From positions 8,324 to 72,323 of the forward strand of contig CABYJU010000005.1 of NCBI GenBank assembly GCA_902519325.1: a stretch of 64,000 nucleotides of DNA. Reading direction: 5' to 3'. How positions within the stretch are numbered: the first letter of the stretch is position 1; every line of letters starts with the position of its first letter. This DNA comes from an uncultured Pelagibacteraceae bacterium. GTDB taxonomy: Bacteria > Pseudomonadota > Alphaproteobacteria > Pelagibacterales > Pelagibacteraceae. The notes under the pieces are model-generated. The model saw only the letters and a program-made list of their open reading frames with translations. It ran no database searches and had not been told where the DNA came from. The position numbers and the translations under genes are program-made. Below, piece after piece: positions 48,959-60,680 of the stretch.

Positions 48959-50204
48959 AGATATTAGAAAAGATATCGATAATTTTAAAAATACAATTAA
49001 AAATAGAAACGTTGATGTAGACTTTGACCAAATATTAAATCTTGATGAAGAAAATAGAAAATTAATTCAAGAAAAAGAAAAATTAGAAATGGAAAAAAAA
49101 TCTATTTCTAAATCTAAAGATGAAACACTTTTTGAAAAGTCAAAAGAAATTTCAAATAAAATAGATGATTTAAGTAAAAATCAAAAAAATGTTAAAGACC
49201 AACTTGATCAGATATTAAGTAATATTCCTAATTTACCATTGAATGATGTCCCCGTAGGTAAGGATGAAAATAGCAATAAAGAGGTTGTAAAATCTGGTAA
49301 AATTAAAGAAATGAGTTTTAAACCAAAATCTCATTATGAAATTGGTGAAAAACTGAATATGTTAGATTTTGATTTAGCAACAAAAACAACTGGATCAAGA
49401 TTTGTTTTTGTTAAAGACAAATTAGCATCATTAGAAAGAGCAATTTCTAATTTTATGATTGATACACATGTCAATAATAATGGATATACTGAAATCTCTC
49501 CACCTTTAATGGCTACAGACAACACTATGTTTGGAACTGGCCAATTGCCCAAATTTGAAAATGATCAATTCGAAATTAAGTTTGATGATAAAAATGATAG
49601 AAAGTTTTTAATCCCTACTGCTGAAGTGATCTTAACTAATATGGTTAAAAATCAGATATTAAATCTAAAATCTTTGCCAATGAGATTAGTTGCATCAACA
49701 CCTTGTTTTAGAAAAGAAGCAGGAAGTTATGGTAAAGATACAAAGGGTATGATTAGACAACATCAATTTTATAAAGTTGAATTAGTCAGTATTGTAGAAA
49801 ATAATAAATGCATTGAAGAACTCGAGCGAATGACTAATTGTGCTACTAAAATTTTAGATGATTTACAATTACCTTACAGAAAAATTATTTTAAGCACTGG
49901 TGATATGGGTTTTAGTGCAGAAAAAACTTATGACATAGAAGTTTGGCTTCCGTCTGAAAATAAATATAGAGAAATATCAAGCTGTTCTTCATGTGGAACA
50001 TTTCAGGCTAAAAGAATGAAAGCTAGATATAAAAATAATAATAACGAAAATGAATTTGTTGGTACTTTAAACGGGAGTGGACTAGCCGTTGGTAGAACTC
50101 TAATTGCGATATTAGAAAATTATCAAACTGAAGATGGCTCAATAATTATTCCTGAAAAATTAAGACCATATATGAACAATATGGAGAAAATAGGTATCAA
50201 TTAA
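48945..50204 (+). CDS. serS: Serine--tRNA ligase
   Basis: LIPTAEV, FRKEAG, RQHQF, EISSCS, TLNGSGLAVGR. Confidence 0.97.
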   Translation: MHNIKDIRKDIDNFKNTIKNRNVDVDFDQILNLDEENRKLIQEKEKLEMEKKSISKSKDETLFEKSKEISNKIDDLSKNQKNVKDQLDQILSNIPNLPLNDVPVGKDENSNKEVVKSGKIKEMSFKPKSHYEIGEKLNMLDFDLATKTTGSRFVFVKDKLASLERAISNFMIDTHVNNNGYTEISPPLMATDNTMFGTGQLPKFENDQFEIKFDDKNDRKFLIPTAEVILTNMVKNQILNLKSLPMRLVASTPCFRKEAGSYGKDTKGMIRQHQFYKVELVSIVENNKCIEELERMTNCATKILDDLQLPYRKIILSTGDMGFSAEKTYDIEVWLPSENKYREISSCSSCGTFQAKRMKARYKNNNNENEFVGTLNGSGLAVGRTLIAILENYQTEDGSIIIPEKLRPYMNNMEKIGIN

Positions 50205-50261
50205 GAGTTGTCTTCTAAAAGTATATAGTATAAATAATCGTTAACTTTTTAAGGACTTAAC

Positions 50262-50546
50262 ATGGACGCAGGAATTGGACAATTTATACCCCTAATTTTA
50301 ATATTCGTAATATTTTACTTTTTCTTAATTAGACCCCAGCAAAAGAAAGTTAAAGAACATAAGGCTATGGTTGAAGCTTTAAAGCGTGGAGATAAAGTTA
50401 TTACTTCTGGTGGTATCGTTGGTACTGTTGACCGAGTTATCGATAATGAAAAAGTAGAGGTTATGATAGCTGATAATGTTAAAGTCGAAATTGTTCGAGC
50501 TACAGGAATACAAGGATTAGTTACTAAAGCTGAACCAAAAAAATAA
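50262..50546 (+). CDS. yajC: Preprotein translocase subunit YajC
   Basis: FYFFLIRPQQK, GDKVITSGGI. Confidence 0.96.
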   Translation: MDAGIGQFIPLILIFVIFYFFLIRPQQKKVKEHKAMVEALKRGDKVITSGGIVGTVDRVIDNEKVEVMIADNVKVEIVRATGIQGLVTKAEPKK

Positions 50547-50558
50547 TAACTTTTTAAA

Positions 50559-52112
50559 GTGTTATATTTTTCTAAATTAAGAGTTTTTAGTGTTTTAATT
50601 TTTACACTAATTATTTCATATTTTACAATTTCAAATTTTACAAAAATTGATGACGATTATTTCTCTAAAAATATTAAATTAGGTTTAGATCTGCAAGGTG
50701 GTTCGTATTTATTATTAGAAATTGATAACAATCCTGTAATTGTGCAAAGACTTCAAAGTAAAGTTTTGGAGCTAAAAAAATTTTTTAAAGACAAAAATAT
50801 TAAAATTAGAAATTTCTCAATCAAAGACCAATCAATATTTTTTGATGTAAATGTTATGAAAAAAGAAGAAGTATTATCACTCCTAGATGATGATAAAAGT
50901 GAGATTAATACTTATTTTCAGCAATTTAAATCACATGAATTTGATATTGAAAATGAAGATAACTCATTCAAATTAACTTATTCTGATTATGGACTAGTGT
51001 TATTGAAAAATTCTTCATTAGATCAAGCAATTGAAACTGTCAGAAGAAGAGTTGATGAAGTTGGTACAAATGAGCCTAATATTCTTAAAAGAGGAAATGA
51101 TAGAATACTAGTGGAATTACCTGGACTTGATGATCCAGGAAGAATTAAATCATTATTAGGAAAAACTGCAAACTTAACTTTTCAATTTGTTGCCACCAAT
51201 CAAGAACAATCATTTGGAACAGAGTTACTCCAATATGAAAGTGGAGATAGAGAAGCTATAGTAAGCAAGAGAATTATAATTAGTGGTGATAATTTAGTTG
51301 ATGCTAAACCAACTATGAATAATCAAACTAACGAAACAGTTGTCTCATTCTCATTAGACAGAGTTGGAGCAAGAAAATTTGGTAAAGCAACTTCATCCGG
51401 AGTTGGTAAAAGTTTGGCAATTATTCTAGATGGTAAAATAATTAGTTCACCAACCGTTCAAGAACCGATAGTAGGTGGAAACGGCCAAATTTCAGGAGAT
51501 TTCACTTTTCAATCAGCAACAGATTTAGCTTTACTATTAAGATCTGGAGCTCTACCAGCGCCTCTAAATATTATAGAGGAAAGAACTGTAGGCCCTGATC
51601 TTGGAAAAGATTCAATTAATGCAGGAATTATGTCGTTAATAATAGGATTTATCTTAGTTGTTGCTTTTATGTTTTATAAATATAGATTTTTTGGGTTAAT
51701 TGCTAACTTGGCTTTAATTTCAAACCTATTTTTATTGGTTGGAATTCTAACATTATTTGAAGCAACTCTTACACTCCCTGGAATTGCAGGTATTATTTTA
51801 ACAGTAGGTATGGCCGTTGACGCAAATGTATTAATTTTTGAGAGAATTAAAGAAGAATTAAAAAATGAAAATAATTCAATCATAGCATTTGATTCTGGTT
51901 ACACAAAATCAAGAACTACAATTTTAGATGCTAATATCACAACTTTGATTGCAGCAGTAATTCTTTTCTTCATGGGATCTGGACCTATAAAGGGATTTTC
52001 TATAACACTAGGTATTGGAATACTAACAACATTATTTTCTGTCTATTTCATAGCTCGTCTGATCACTGCTTACTATGTCATCAAAAATAAACATAAGGAA
52101 AAACTAATTTAA
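50559..52112 (+). CDS. secD: Protein translocase subunit SecD
   Basis: LGLDLQGG, LRSGALPA, GMAVDANVLIFERI. Confidence 0.96.
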   Translation: MLYFSKLRVFSVLIFTLIISYFTISNFTKIDDDYFSKNIKLGLDLQGGSYLLLEIDNNPVIVQRLQSKVLELKKFFKDKNIKIRNFSIKDQSIFFDVNVMKKEEVLSLLDDDKSEINTYFQQFKSHEFDIENEDNSFKLTYSDYGLVLLKNSSLDQAIETVRRRVDEVGTNEPNILKRGNDRILVELPGLDDPGRIKSLLGKTANLTFQFVATNQEQSFGTELLQYESGDREAIVSKRIIISGDNLVDAKPTMNNQTNETVVSFSLDRVGARKFGKATSSGVGKSLAIILDGKIISSPTVQEPIVGGNGQISGDFTFQSATDLALLLRSGALPAPLNIIEERTVGPDLGKDSINAGIMSLIIGFILVVAFMFYKYRFFGLIANLALISNLFLLVGILTLFEATLTLPGIAGIILTVGMAVDANVLIFERIKEELKNENNSIIAFDSGYTKSRTTILDANITTLIAAVILFFMGSGPIKGFSITLGIGILTTLFSVYFIARLITAYYVIKNKHKEKLI

Positions 52113-53005
52113 TGAAAACAATCTATTTTAATAAGTTTTATAAAAGTTTTAATATTCTTTCAGGAATATTAATTATTGTTTCATTAGTTTTTTTAATTTT
52201 TAAAGGATTGAATTTTGGTGTTGATTTTAAAGGGGGTACTTTAATAGAGCTAAGAACTGATAAATCTTCTGCTAATATAACAAAAATTAGAGATAGTTTT
52301 AATCAAATGAATCTTGGTGATGTTTCAGTGAAAAATTTTGGCAATGAGACAGATTTTGTAGTTAAATTTGAAAAACAAAATTCAAACGATCCTAAATTTA
52401 TTGATGAATTGAAGACAAAACTATCAAATTCAATAGGATCAGTTGACTTTAGAAGAGTAGAAAACGTTGGACCAAAAGTTAGTGCAGAACTTTTAAGATC
52501 AGGTGTAATAGCTATAGCTTTATCTTTGGCAGCTATGCTTTTATATATATGGATCAGATTTGAGTGGCAATTTAGTCTTGGAGCCATTTTAGCTTTATTT
52601 CATGATGTTATAATTACATTAGGAGTATTTTCCGTATTTTCATTAGAAATCAATCTTTCTATCGTTGCAGCTGTTTTAACAATAGTTGGATATTCAATGA
52701 ATGATACAGTTGTAATATTCGATAGAGTTAGAGAAAATTTGCGTAAATATGCAGATATAAAAATATTTGAATTAACAAATATCTCAATAAATGAAACTTT
52801 ATCCCGAACAATAATAACCTCAGTTACCACATTGTTGGCACTTTTATCTATATTTATTTTTGGTGGAGAAATATTAAAAGGATTTTCATTAGCAATGATA
52901 TTAGGAGTAATTTTTGGAACTTATTCATCTATTTATATTGCAAACCCAGTGTTGGTTTCTTTAAAAGTTAGTCAAAGAACGATTGTTAAGGAAGAAAAAG
53001 AATAA
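52112..53005 (+). CDS. secF: Protein translocase subunit SecF
   Basis: GVDFKGG, GYSMNDTVVIFDRVREN, GTYSSI. Confidence 0.96.
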   Translation: MKTIYFNKFYKSFNILSGILIIVSLVFLIFKGLNFGVDFKGGTLIELRTDKSSANITKIRDSFNQMNLGDVSVKNFGNETDFVVKFEKQNSNDPKFIDELKTKLSNSIGSVDFRRVENVGPKVSAELLRSGVIAIALSLAAMLLYIWIRFEWQFSLGAILALFHDVIITLGVFSVFSLEINLSIVAAVLTIVGYSMNDTVVIFDRVRENLRKYADIKIFELTNISINETLSRTIITSVTTLLALLSIFIFGGEILKGFSLAMILGVIFGTYSSIYIANPVLVSLKVSQRTIVKEEKE

Positions 53006-53608
53006 TTAATAAAGATTTTGTGCCGCTACCATTGTTAATAACATTGGTAATGATAAAAGTGTGTTTGTTCTAGAAAACAGCATTGCAGTCTTTGCTGATT
53101 TAGCTTTAACTTCAGGTTCACACTCTACCATACCTAAAGCTCTTTTTTGATTTGGCCATATAACAAACCAAACATTGAATGCCATTATTAATCCTAACCA
53201 CATTCCAATTCCTATTGCAGTATTTTTTCCACCACCAGATCCAATTCCTAATGTCATCGCTTGATGAACGTATCCATTAAAATAGGCTAATAATAATCCT
53301 GATATGATTGTAAATAGCGCTGCCCATCTAAACCAAAATAATGCTGCAGGAGCTATAACTTTCCCTATTGCTGGTTTTTGTTCGTCTGGAATTTTAGCCA
53401 TGTTAGGAATTTGAACAAAATTGAAATACCACAGTAAACCAATCCACATAATACTTACAGTTACATGTACGTATCTTAGTAGCCAGCTCCAAAATAAAAC
53501 ATCAAAATCAAATCCACCATTACCTATGTAAAGACCAATGAATAGTAATATTGCAATAGCCAATGATAAATGAACAGTCTTTGATAATGATTGTAATATC
53601 GAAGTCAT
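53006..53608 (-). CDS. Urate_ox_N/PuuD N-terminal-domain membrane protein without the cytochrome c domain
   Basis: R..H...MWIGLLWYFN, FRWAA, NVWFVIWPNQK, SRTNT. Confidence 0.8.
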   Translation of the reverse strand: MTSILQSLSKTVHLSLAIAILLFIGLYIGNGGFDFDVLFWSWLLRYVHVTVSIMWIGLLWYFNFVQIPNMAKIPDEQKPAIGKVIAPAALFWFRWAALFTIISGLLLAYFNGYVHQAMTLGIGSGGGKNTAIGIGMWLGLIMAFNVWFVIWPNQKRALGMVECEPEVKAKSAKTAMLFSRTNTLLSLPMLLTMVAAQNLY

Positions 53609-53643
53609 CTGTAAGATGATTTTATATTATTTTTCTATAAAGA

Positions 53644-56520
53644 TTAAGCGGTTTTTTTAAATTTTGTATCTAATAAAGGCTTTAAAAATTTACCTGTATA
53701 GCTATCTTTTACTTTTGCAACTTCCTCGGGTTTGCCTTCAGCAATAATATTTCCACCTTTAACACCACCCTCGGGTCCCATATCTACAATATAATCGGCA
53801 GTTTTAATAACATCTAAATTATGTTCAATAACTACAACTGAATTACCAGTTGCAACAAAGGTGTGTAAAATTTCCAGAAGTTTTTTTATATCATGTTGAT
53901 GTAATCCAGTAGTTGGTTCATCTAATATATACATTGTTCTTCCTGTAGATCTTTTAGATAATTCTTTTGCAAGCTTAATTCTTTGGGCTTCTCCACCTGA
54001 TAGGGTTGTTGCTTGTTGACCAATTTTTATGTAGCCAAGACCAACTTTTTTTAATGTTAAAAGTTTAGTTTTGATGTTTGAAATATTTTCAAAATACTCA
54101 CATCCTTCATCAACAGTCATATTTAAAACATCTGCAATACTCTTATCTTTGAATTTAATCTCTAATGTTTCTCTGTTGTATCTTGTACCTTTGCATTCAT
54201 CACAAGTAATATAAACATCAGGTAGAAAGTGCATTTCGTAAGTAATTACTCCATCTCCTTCACATGCTTCACATCTTCCACCCTTTACATTGAAAGAAAA
54301 TCTTCCAGGTTTATAGCCTCTACTTTTTGCTTCAGGTAAATTGGTAAACCAGTCTCTTATAGGACCAAAAGCTCCAGTATATGTAGCAGGATTTGATCTA
54401 GGAGTTCTACCAATAGGTGATTGATCAATATCTATAACTTTATCAATTAATTCTATTCCTTTAAATCCTCTAAACGGCTGAGGAATTTTTCTAGACTTAT
54501 TATTATTCAAAGTAAGGTTTAATGCATTATATAAAGTTTGAAGTATCAAAGTAGATTTACCACTTCCAGATACACCTGTGACACAAGTGAAACTACCCAA
54601 AGGGATTTTTAAATTTACGTTATTTAAATTATTCCCCGATGCACCATTGATTTCTAGAAATCTACCATTTTTTGCAAGTCTTCTATTTTTTGGAATAGGT
54701 ATGAAACTTTTATTTGATAAATATCTTCCAGTAATACTTTTATCATTTTTTAAAATTTGTTCATATGAACCTTCAGCAACAATTTCCCCACCTTTGTTTC
54801 CAGCCTCAGGTCCTAAATCTATTATATGATCTGCATTCTCCATTGTTTCTGTATCGTGCTCAACAACAATAACAGTATTACCTAAGTCTCTTAATCTTTT
54901 TAATGCATCTATAAGCTTGACATTGTCTTTTTGATGTAAACCAATTGATGGTTCATCTAAAACGTATAGAACTCCAGTTAAACCTGATCCTATCTGCGAA
55001 GCTAGTCTAATCCTTTGTGCTTCACCACCAGATAGTGTTCCAGACTCTCTAGATAAAGTTAAATAATCAAGACCAACATTTAAAAGAAAATCTAAACGTT
55101 CATTAATTTCTTTTAATATATGTTGAGCAATTTTAATTTGTCTTTTGTCTAATTTAACTTCTAAAGATCTAAACCATTCCTTAGCATCAAAAATTGATTT
55201 TTCTGTAACTTGGCTTATGTTTAATTCATTTATTTTAACGCACAGAGCTTCATCTTTTAATCGATAACCATTGCATCTTTCACATTTTGTATCAGATTGA
55301 TATTGAGCAATTTCTTCTCTTTTCCAATCGCTGTCTGTCTCTAAATATCTTCTCTCTAGATTATTGACTACGCCTTCAAAGGTTTTTTTGTGAGAATATT
55401 TTTCATAGCCATCGTCATAAGTAAATTTTATTTCTTCATCATCAGATCCATACAAAATTACATCTTTAATTTTTTTTGGTAGTTTTGACCATTTATCATC
55501 TAATGAAAAACCATAATGTTTAGATAAAGATGCTAATGTTTGAGCGTAATACATTGATGTAGATTTAGCCCAAGGTTCAATAGCACCATCTGCTATAGAT
55601 TTTTTTTCATTCGGAACAACTAAATTTGGATCAACATTTAATTTCATTCCAATACCTTCGCATTCTTCACAAGCTCCATACGGACTGTTGAATGAGAAAA
55701 GTCTTGGTTCAATCTCTTCAATAGTAAAACCACTTTCAGGACAAGCAAATTTGGTTGAGAAAATTAATTTTTCAATTTTTCTGTATTTTTTTGGAAGTGT
55801 TTCATTTTCATATTCAACAAAAAGTAATCCATTTGCTAAATTAACAGCTGTTTCAACACTTTCGGCTAATCTGTTTCCTAATGAAGAATTTATTACAATT
55901 CTATCAACTAAAATTGAAATATCATGTTTAAGTTTTTTATTTAATTCTGGAACACTTTCAATATCATATAATTGATCATCAACTTTAATTTTTCTAAACC
56001 CTCTTTTTTTGTATCCCAATATATCTTTTTTGTATTCACCCTTACGTCCTCGTACAACAGGTGCATATAAATATATCGTAGACTTTTTTGGTAATTCTTT
56101 AATCTTATCAACAATTTGACTAATAGTTTGAGAAGTAATTGGTTTACCAGTGAATGGAGAGTAGGGTATTCCAGCTCTTGCATAAAGTACTCTCATGTAA
56201 TCGTATATTTCGGTTACAGTTGCAACTGTTGATCTTGGATTTTTAGAAGTATTTTTTTGTTCAATTGAAATTGCTGGACTCAAGCCTTCGATTAAATCTA
56301 CATTTGGTTTTTTCATTTTGTCTAAAAACTGTCTTGCGTATGCAGATAAACTTTCAACATAACGTCTTTGACCTTCTGCATAAACAGTATCAAATGCTAA
56401 TGATGATTTTCCCGATCCAGATAGACCTGTTATTACAACAAATTTGTCTTTAGGAATCTCTAGTGAAATATTCTTTAAATTGTGCTCTTTTGCGCCCTTA
56501 ATAAGTATCTTTTTAAGCAT
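53644..56520 (-). CDS. uvrA: Excinuclease ABC subunit A
   Basis: Two ABC ATPase cassettes ([26 protein letters not shown] twice) and Zn fingers. Confidence 0.98.
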   Translation of the reverse strand: MLKKILIKGAKEHNLKNISLEIPKDKFVVITGLSGSGKSSLAFDTVYAEGQRRYVESLSAYARQFLDKMKKPNVDLIEGLSPAISIEQKNTSKNPRSTVATVTEIYDYMRVLYARAGIPYSPFTGKPITSQTISQIVDKIKELPKKSTIYLYAPVVRGRKGEYKKDILGYKKRGFRKIKVDDQLYDIESVPELNKKLKHDISILVDRIVINSSLGNRLAESVETAVNLANGLLFVEYENETLPKKYRKIEKLIFSTKFACPESGFTIEEIEPRLFSFNSPYGACEECEGIGMKLNVDPNLVVPNEKKSIADGAIEPWAKSTSMYYAQTLASLSKHYGFSLDDKWSKLPKKIKDVILYGSDDEEIKFTYDDGYEKYSHKKTFEGVVNNLERRYLETDSDWKREEIAQYQSDTKCERCNGYRLKDEALCVKINELNISQVTEKSIFDAKEWFRSLEVKLDKRQIKIAQHILKEINERLDFLLNVGLDYLTLSRESGTLSGGEAQRIRLASQIGSGLTGVLYVLDEPSIGLHQKDNVKLIDALKRLRDLGNTVIVVEHDTETMENADHIIDLGPEAGNKGGEIVAEGSYEQILKNDKSITGRYLSNKSFIPIPKNRRLAKNGRFLEINGASGNNLNNVNLKIPLGSFTCVTGVSGSGKSTLILQTLYNALNLTLNNNKSRKIPQPFRGFKGIELIDKVIDIDQSPIGRTPRSNPATYTGAFGPIRDWFTNLPEAKSRGYKPGRFSFNVKGGRCEACEGDGVITYEMHFLPDVYITCDECKGTRYNRETLEIKFKDKSIADVLNMTVDEGCEYFENISNIKTKLLTLKKVGLGYIKIGQQATTLSGGEAQRIKLAKELSKRSTGRTMYILDEPTTGLHQHDIKKLLEILHTFVATGNSVVVIEHNLDVIKTADYIVDMGPEGGVKGGNIIAEGKPEEVAKVKDSYTGKFLKPLLDTKFKKTA

Positions 56521-56600
56521 AATTTTAGTTGCTTTAGATTAATAAAATTAATATTCAAGTCTATTAATGTTATAAATAACATTTCAAATATATAAATATT

Positions 56601-57047
56601 ATGGCAGGAAGCTTAAATAAAGTACTTTTAATCGGTCGATTAGGCGCAGACCCAGAAATTAAACAAATGGTTAACGGTAAAAGTGTAGCAAGATTAAGCC
56701 TAGCTACTAGTCAATCATGGAAAGATAAAAATACCGGTGAAAAAAAAGAAAAAACTGAATGGCATAGAGTAGTTGTTTTCAATGAAGGACTTGTAAATGT
56801 AGTTCAACAATATTTAAAAAAAGGAGCACAAGTATACGTTGAAGGACAACTGACTACTAGAAAATGGAAAGATGAACAATCAGGTCAGGATAAATATTCT
56901 ACTGAAATTTTAATTCAAGGATACAATTCATCATTAACAATGTTAGGTGGAGGAAATCAAAATTCAATTCCATCTCAAGATAACAAACAAAGTTTTGATG
57001 ATAGTTCTATGACTCAAAACGAGTTAGACGATGATATCCCTTTCTAA
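56601..57047 (+). CDS. ssb: Single-stranded DNA-binding protein
   Basis: [18 protein letters not shown]-terminal DDDIPF. Confidence 0.97.
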   Translation: MAGSLNKVLLIGRLGADPEIKQMVNGKSVARLSLATSQSWKDKNTGEKKEKTEWHRVVVFNEGLVNVVQQYLKKGAQVYVEGQLTTRKWKDEQSGQDKYSTEILIQGYNSSLTMLGGGNQNSIPSQDNKQSFDDSSMTQNELDDDIPF

Positions 57048-57051
57048 ATAA

Positions 57052-59625
57052 ATGCAAAAAAACGAAGTAACTAAAGATTTAAATATCAAACCAATTTCAA
57101 TGTATGATGAAATGAGTTCATCATATTTATCTTACGCCATGAGCGTAATAATTAGTAGGGCATTACCCGACATAAGAGACGGACTTAAACCTGTTCACAG
57201 AAGAATTTTATATGCAATGCACAAAGGTGGTTTTGATTGGACAAAACAATTTAGAAAATCTGCAAGAATTGTTGGAGACGTAATTGGTAAATACCATCCG
57301 CATGGTGATCAAGCGGTGTATGATGCTTTAGTTAGAATGGTTCAAGATTTTTCAATGAGTGTTCCGTTAATTGATGGTCAGGGCAATTTTGGTTCAATAG
57401 ATGGAGATCCACCTGCAGCAATGAGGTATACAGAAACCAAACTTGCAAAAATTTCTCAATTTTTGATTGATGATATAGAAAAAAATACCGTTTCATTTAA
57501 AAGTAATTACGATGAAACTGAGCAAGAACCCACAGTATTGCCAGCTCAATATCCTAATCTTTTGGTAAATGGAGCCGGAGGCATCGCTGTTGGTATGGCT
57601 ACTAGTATACCACCACATAATCTTGGTGAAATTATTGATGGAACTTTAGCACTTATAAAAAATAAAGATATTAAAGTTAAAGAGTTAATGAAGCATATAC
57701 CTGGCCCTGATTTTCCAACAGGAGGAGTTATTATTGGCAAAGATATTATTCGAGAAGGATACAAAACTGGCAGAGGTTCTTTTAAAATTAGAGGAGAAAT
57801 AAATGTAGAAAATCTTAAAAACGGTAAAGATAGATTAGTAATTACATCAATACCTTATCAAGTAAACAAATCTAACTTAAACGAAAAAATTGCAGAATTA
57901 GTTAGAGACAAAAAAATCGAGGGTATAAGTGACATTAGAGATGAATCTAATAGAGAAGGTATAAGAGTTGCTATAGATTTAAGAAGAAGTGTCGAGCCAG
58001 AAACAATTAAAAGACAACTTTATAAATATACATCCATAGAAACCTCATTTGGTTTTAATTCATTAGCAATTGTTGATAACAAACCTAAAACATGTTCATT
58101 AAAAGATTTCTTAGAGAACTTTTTAAAATTTAGAGAAGATGTAGTTATTAAAAAAACCAAATACGATTTAAAAAAAGCTGAAGATCGTGTTCATGTTTTA
58201 CTTGGTTTATCTGTTAGTGTAGAAAATATTGATAAAGTAATAAAAATTATTAGATCTTCAAAAAATCCAGAAGAAGCAAAAAATACTCTTATAAAAACTA
58301 AATGGAAAATAACAAAATCTGCAAAATTAATTAAATTAGTTGATAGTAAAAATTATAAAGGATCATACAGCCTATCTGAAACTCAAGTCACATCAATACT
58401 AGAACTTAGATTACAAAAATTAACTGCCCTTGGAATTAATGAAATTGAAGAAGAAATAAAAAAATTATCTGAATTGATTACAAAGTATAAAAAAATAATA
58501 AATTCTAAAAGTGAACTATTAAAAGTAATAAGTAATGAGTTATCTCAAATTAAAGAGAAATTCTCATTTCCAAGAAGAACGCAGATTATAGATGCTGTTT
58601 TAAACTATAATATTGAAGAAACTATACAAAAAGAATCTGTAATAATTACAATTACTTTGCAAGGATACATTAAAAGAGGTGCCTTAAGTAATGTTAAACA
58701 ACAGAAAAGAGGTGGAAAAGGTAAAACAGGGATTAAAACAAGAGACGAAGATTCTGTAGTGCAAACATTATCAGTAAATACACATACTTCTGTGTTGTTT
58801 TTCTCTACAGAAGGATTAGCTTACAAAGTTAAAGCTTGGAAAATTCCAGAAGGATCAACAGCATCAAAAGGTAAGTCTTTATTTAATATTCTTCCTCTAA
58901 AAAATCATCAATCAATAAGTTCAATTATGCCATTTCCTGATAGTGATGTTGATACAAAAGACATGCATATCATTTTTGCAACAAGTGAGGGAAAAATTAG
59001 AAAGAATAATCTTGAAGATTTTACCTCAATTAATGCTTCGGGTAAAATTGCAATGAAACTTGACGGTAATGATAAAATTATTGGTGTTAAAATTTGTAGA
59101 GATGATCAGGATATAATTTTAAGTACTAAATTAGGAAAATGTATAAGGTTTGAATCGAAAAAACTTAGAGTTTTCAAGGGTAGATCATCAAAAGGTATAA
59201 GAGGTATTAATTTAGCAGAAAATGATACTATCGTATCTCTGTCTATTATTGATCATGACTCAAATAAGAAAGCAAAAACTAAAGACCAAAAATCAGAAAT
59301 TAAAGCTAAAGAAAAGTTCATTTTGTCTATTACAGAGAATGGTTATGGTAAGAGAACATCTCATTATGATTATAGAGTTACAAATAGAGGTGGAAAGGGA
59401 ATTATTGGCATTGTAAATTCACAAAGAAACGGGAATGTTTCTTCATCATTTCCAGTTTTTGAAGGGGATCAAATATTAATTTCAACAAACAAAGGTAGAG
59501 TAATAAGAACAGCTGTTAAAGAAATAAGAATAGCTGGTCGAAATACTCAAGGTGTTAGAATAATTAAACTGACTGGTGATGAAAAAGTAGTTTCTGCTAT
59601 TAAATTAGATGATAATCTTATCTAA
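57052..59625 (+). CDS. gyrA: DNA gyrase subunit A
   Basis: [16 protein letters not shown], GyrA box QKRGGKG. Confidence 0.97.
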   Translation: MQKNEVTKDLNIKPISMYDEMSSSYLSYAMSVIISRALPDIRDGLKPVHRRILYAMHKGGFDWTKQFRKSARIVGDVIGKYHPHGDQAVYDALVRMVQDFSMSVPLIDGQGNFGSIDGDPPAAMRYTETKLAKISQFLIDDIEKNTVSFKSNYDETEQEPTVLPAQYPNLLVNGAGGIAVGMATSIPPHNLGEIIDGTLALIKNKDIKVKELMKHIPGPDFPTGGVIIGKDIIREGYKTGRGSFKIRGEINVENLKNGKDRLVITSIPYQVNKSNLNEKIAELVRDKKIEGISDIRDESNREGIRVAIDLRRSVEPETIKRQLYKYTSIETSFGFNSLAIVDNKPKTCSLKDFLENFLKFREDVVIKKTKYDLKKAEDRVHVLLGLSVSVENIDKVIKIIRSSKNPEEAKNTLIKTKWKITKSAKLIKLVDSKNYKGSYSLSETQVTSILELRLQKLTALGINEIEEEIKKLSELITKYKKIINSKSELLKVISNELSQIKEKFSFPRRTQIIDAVLNYNIEETIQKESVIITITLQGYIKRGALSNVKQQKRGGKGKTGIKTRDEDSVVQTLSVNTHTSVLFFSTEGLAYKVKAWKIPEGSTASKGKSLFNILPLKNHQSISSIMPFPDSDVDTKDMHIIFATSEGKIRKNNLEDFTSINASGKIAMKLDGNDKIIGVKICRDDQDIILSTKLGKCIRFESKKLRVFKGRSSKGIRGINLAENDTIVSLSIIDHDSNKKAKTKDQKSEIKAKEKFILSITENGYGKRTSHYDYRVTNRGGKGIIGIVNSQRNGNVSSSFPVFEGDQILISTNKGRVIRTAVKEIRIAGRNTQGVRIIKLTGDEKVVSAIKLDDNLI

Positions 59626-60119
59626 TGAAAAATATAGCTATCTATCCTGGAACTTTTGATCCAATTACTTTTGGCCATATAGATGTCATTAAGAAATCAC
59701 TTAAGATAGTAGATAAAGTAATTGTAGGTATTTCAGATGGAAATCAGAAAAACTTCCTATTTTCATTAGAAGAAAGAATAGAAATTGTAAAAAGAGCTCT
59801 TTATAAAGATCTGAAATTTAAAAAGAATAAGGTTGATGTTATAAAATTTAATACTTTAACAACAGACCTTTGCAAAAAATTTAAATCAAATATCATTTTA
59901 AGAGGTCTAAGAGCTGTTTCAGATTTTGAATATGAATTCCAATTAGCTGGAATGAATAGAAAACTTAATAATCAAGTTGAGACAATTTTTTTAATGTCAG
60001 ATGTTGAAAATCAAATAATATCATCTAGATTTGTTAAAGAAATCGCTCAACATAATGGTGATTTAAAAAAATTTACAACTAAAAGTACAATTAAATCATT
60101 GAAAGAGATCTATGAATAA
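59625..60119 (+). CDS. coaD: Phosphopantetheine adenylyltransferase
   Basis: YPGTFDPIT.GH, RGLRAVSDFEYE. Confidence 0.97.
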   Translation: MKNIAIYPGTFDPITFGHIDVIKKSLKIVDKVIVGISDGNQKNFLFSLEERIEIVKRALYKDLKFKKNKVDVIKFNTLTTDLCKKFKSNIILRGLRAVSDFEYEFQLAGMNRKLNNQVETIFLMSDVENQIISSRFVKEIAQHNGDLKKFTTKSTIKSLKEIYE

Positions 60120-60669
60120 ATTTTTAAATATTTTAATAATTTTTTTTATTTTTTTATCAACAAATTTAATAGCAAAGGAGAATATAATGATTTTAAAATT
60201 AAAAGATGGTGACGTAAAAATTGAAATGTACCCAGACGTTGCACCAAATCATGTTAAAAGAATTCAAGAGTTAGCAGATTCAGGACAATATGATAATGTT
60301 GTTTTTCATAGAGTTATTGATGGGTTTATGGCTCAAACAGGTGATGTAAAATTTGGAAATTCATCTTCTAAAGATTTCGATTTAAGAAGGGCAGGTATTG
60401 GTGGATCCGATTTACCAGATTTAAATCAAGAATTTAATGACCTTCCTCATGATAGAGGGACTGTTTCTATGGCAAGATCGTCAGATCCTAATAGCGCCAA
60501 TAGTCAATTTTTCATATGTTTTAAACCAGCACCTTTCCTAGATAGACAATATACTGTTTTTGGAAAAGTAATAGAAGGAATGGAATTTGTTGATATGATT
60601 ACAAAAGGTGACGGTGATAACGGAGCAGTTTCAAATCCAGATAAAATTATTAGTTTTAAATCTCAATAA
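60112..60669 (+). CDS. Cyclophilin-type peptidyl-prolyl isomerase (exported)
   Basis: FHRVIDGFMAQTGD, SMAR, SANSQFFI, YTVFG; signal-like N-terminus. Confidence 0.93.
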   Translation: MNKFLNILIIFFIFLSTNLIAKENIMILKLKDGDVKIEMYPDVAPNHVKRIQELADSGQYDNVVFHRVIDGFMAQTGDVKFGNSSSKDFDLRRAGIGGSDLPDLNQEFNDLPHDRGTVSMARSSDPNSANSQFFICFKPAPFLDRQYTVFGKVIEGMEFVDMITKGDGDNGAVSNPDKIISFKSQ

Positions 60670-60680
60670 TTAAATAATGA

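Noticed and set aside
57295-57330. GyrA QRDR with Gln at the Ser83-equivalent position ([10 protein letters not shown])
   Set aside because: To my knowledge a common natural state in alphaproteobacteria, not evidence of acquired quinolone resistance.
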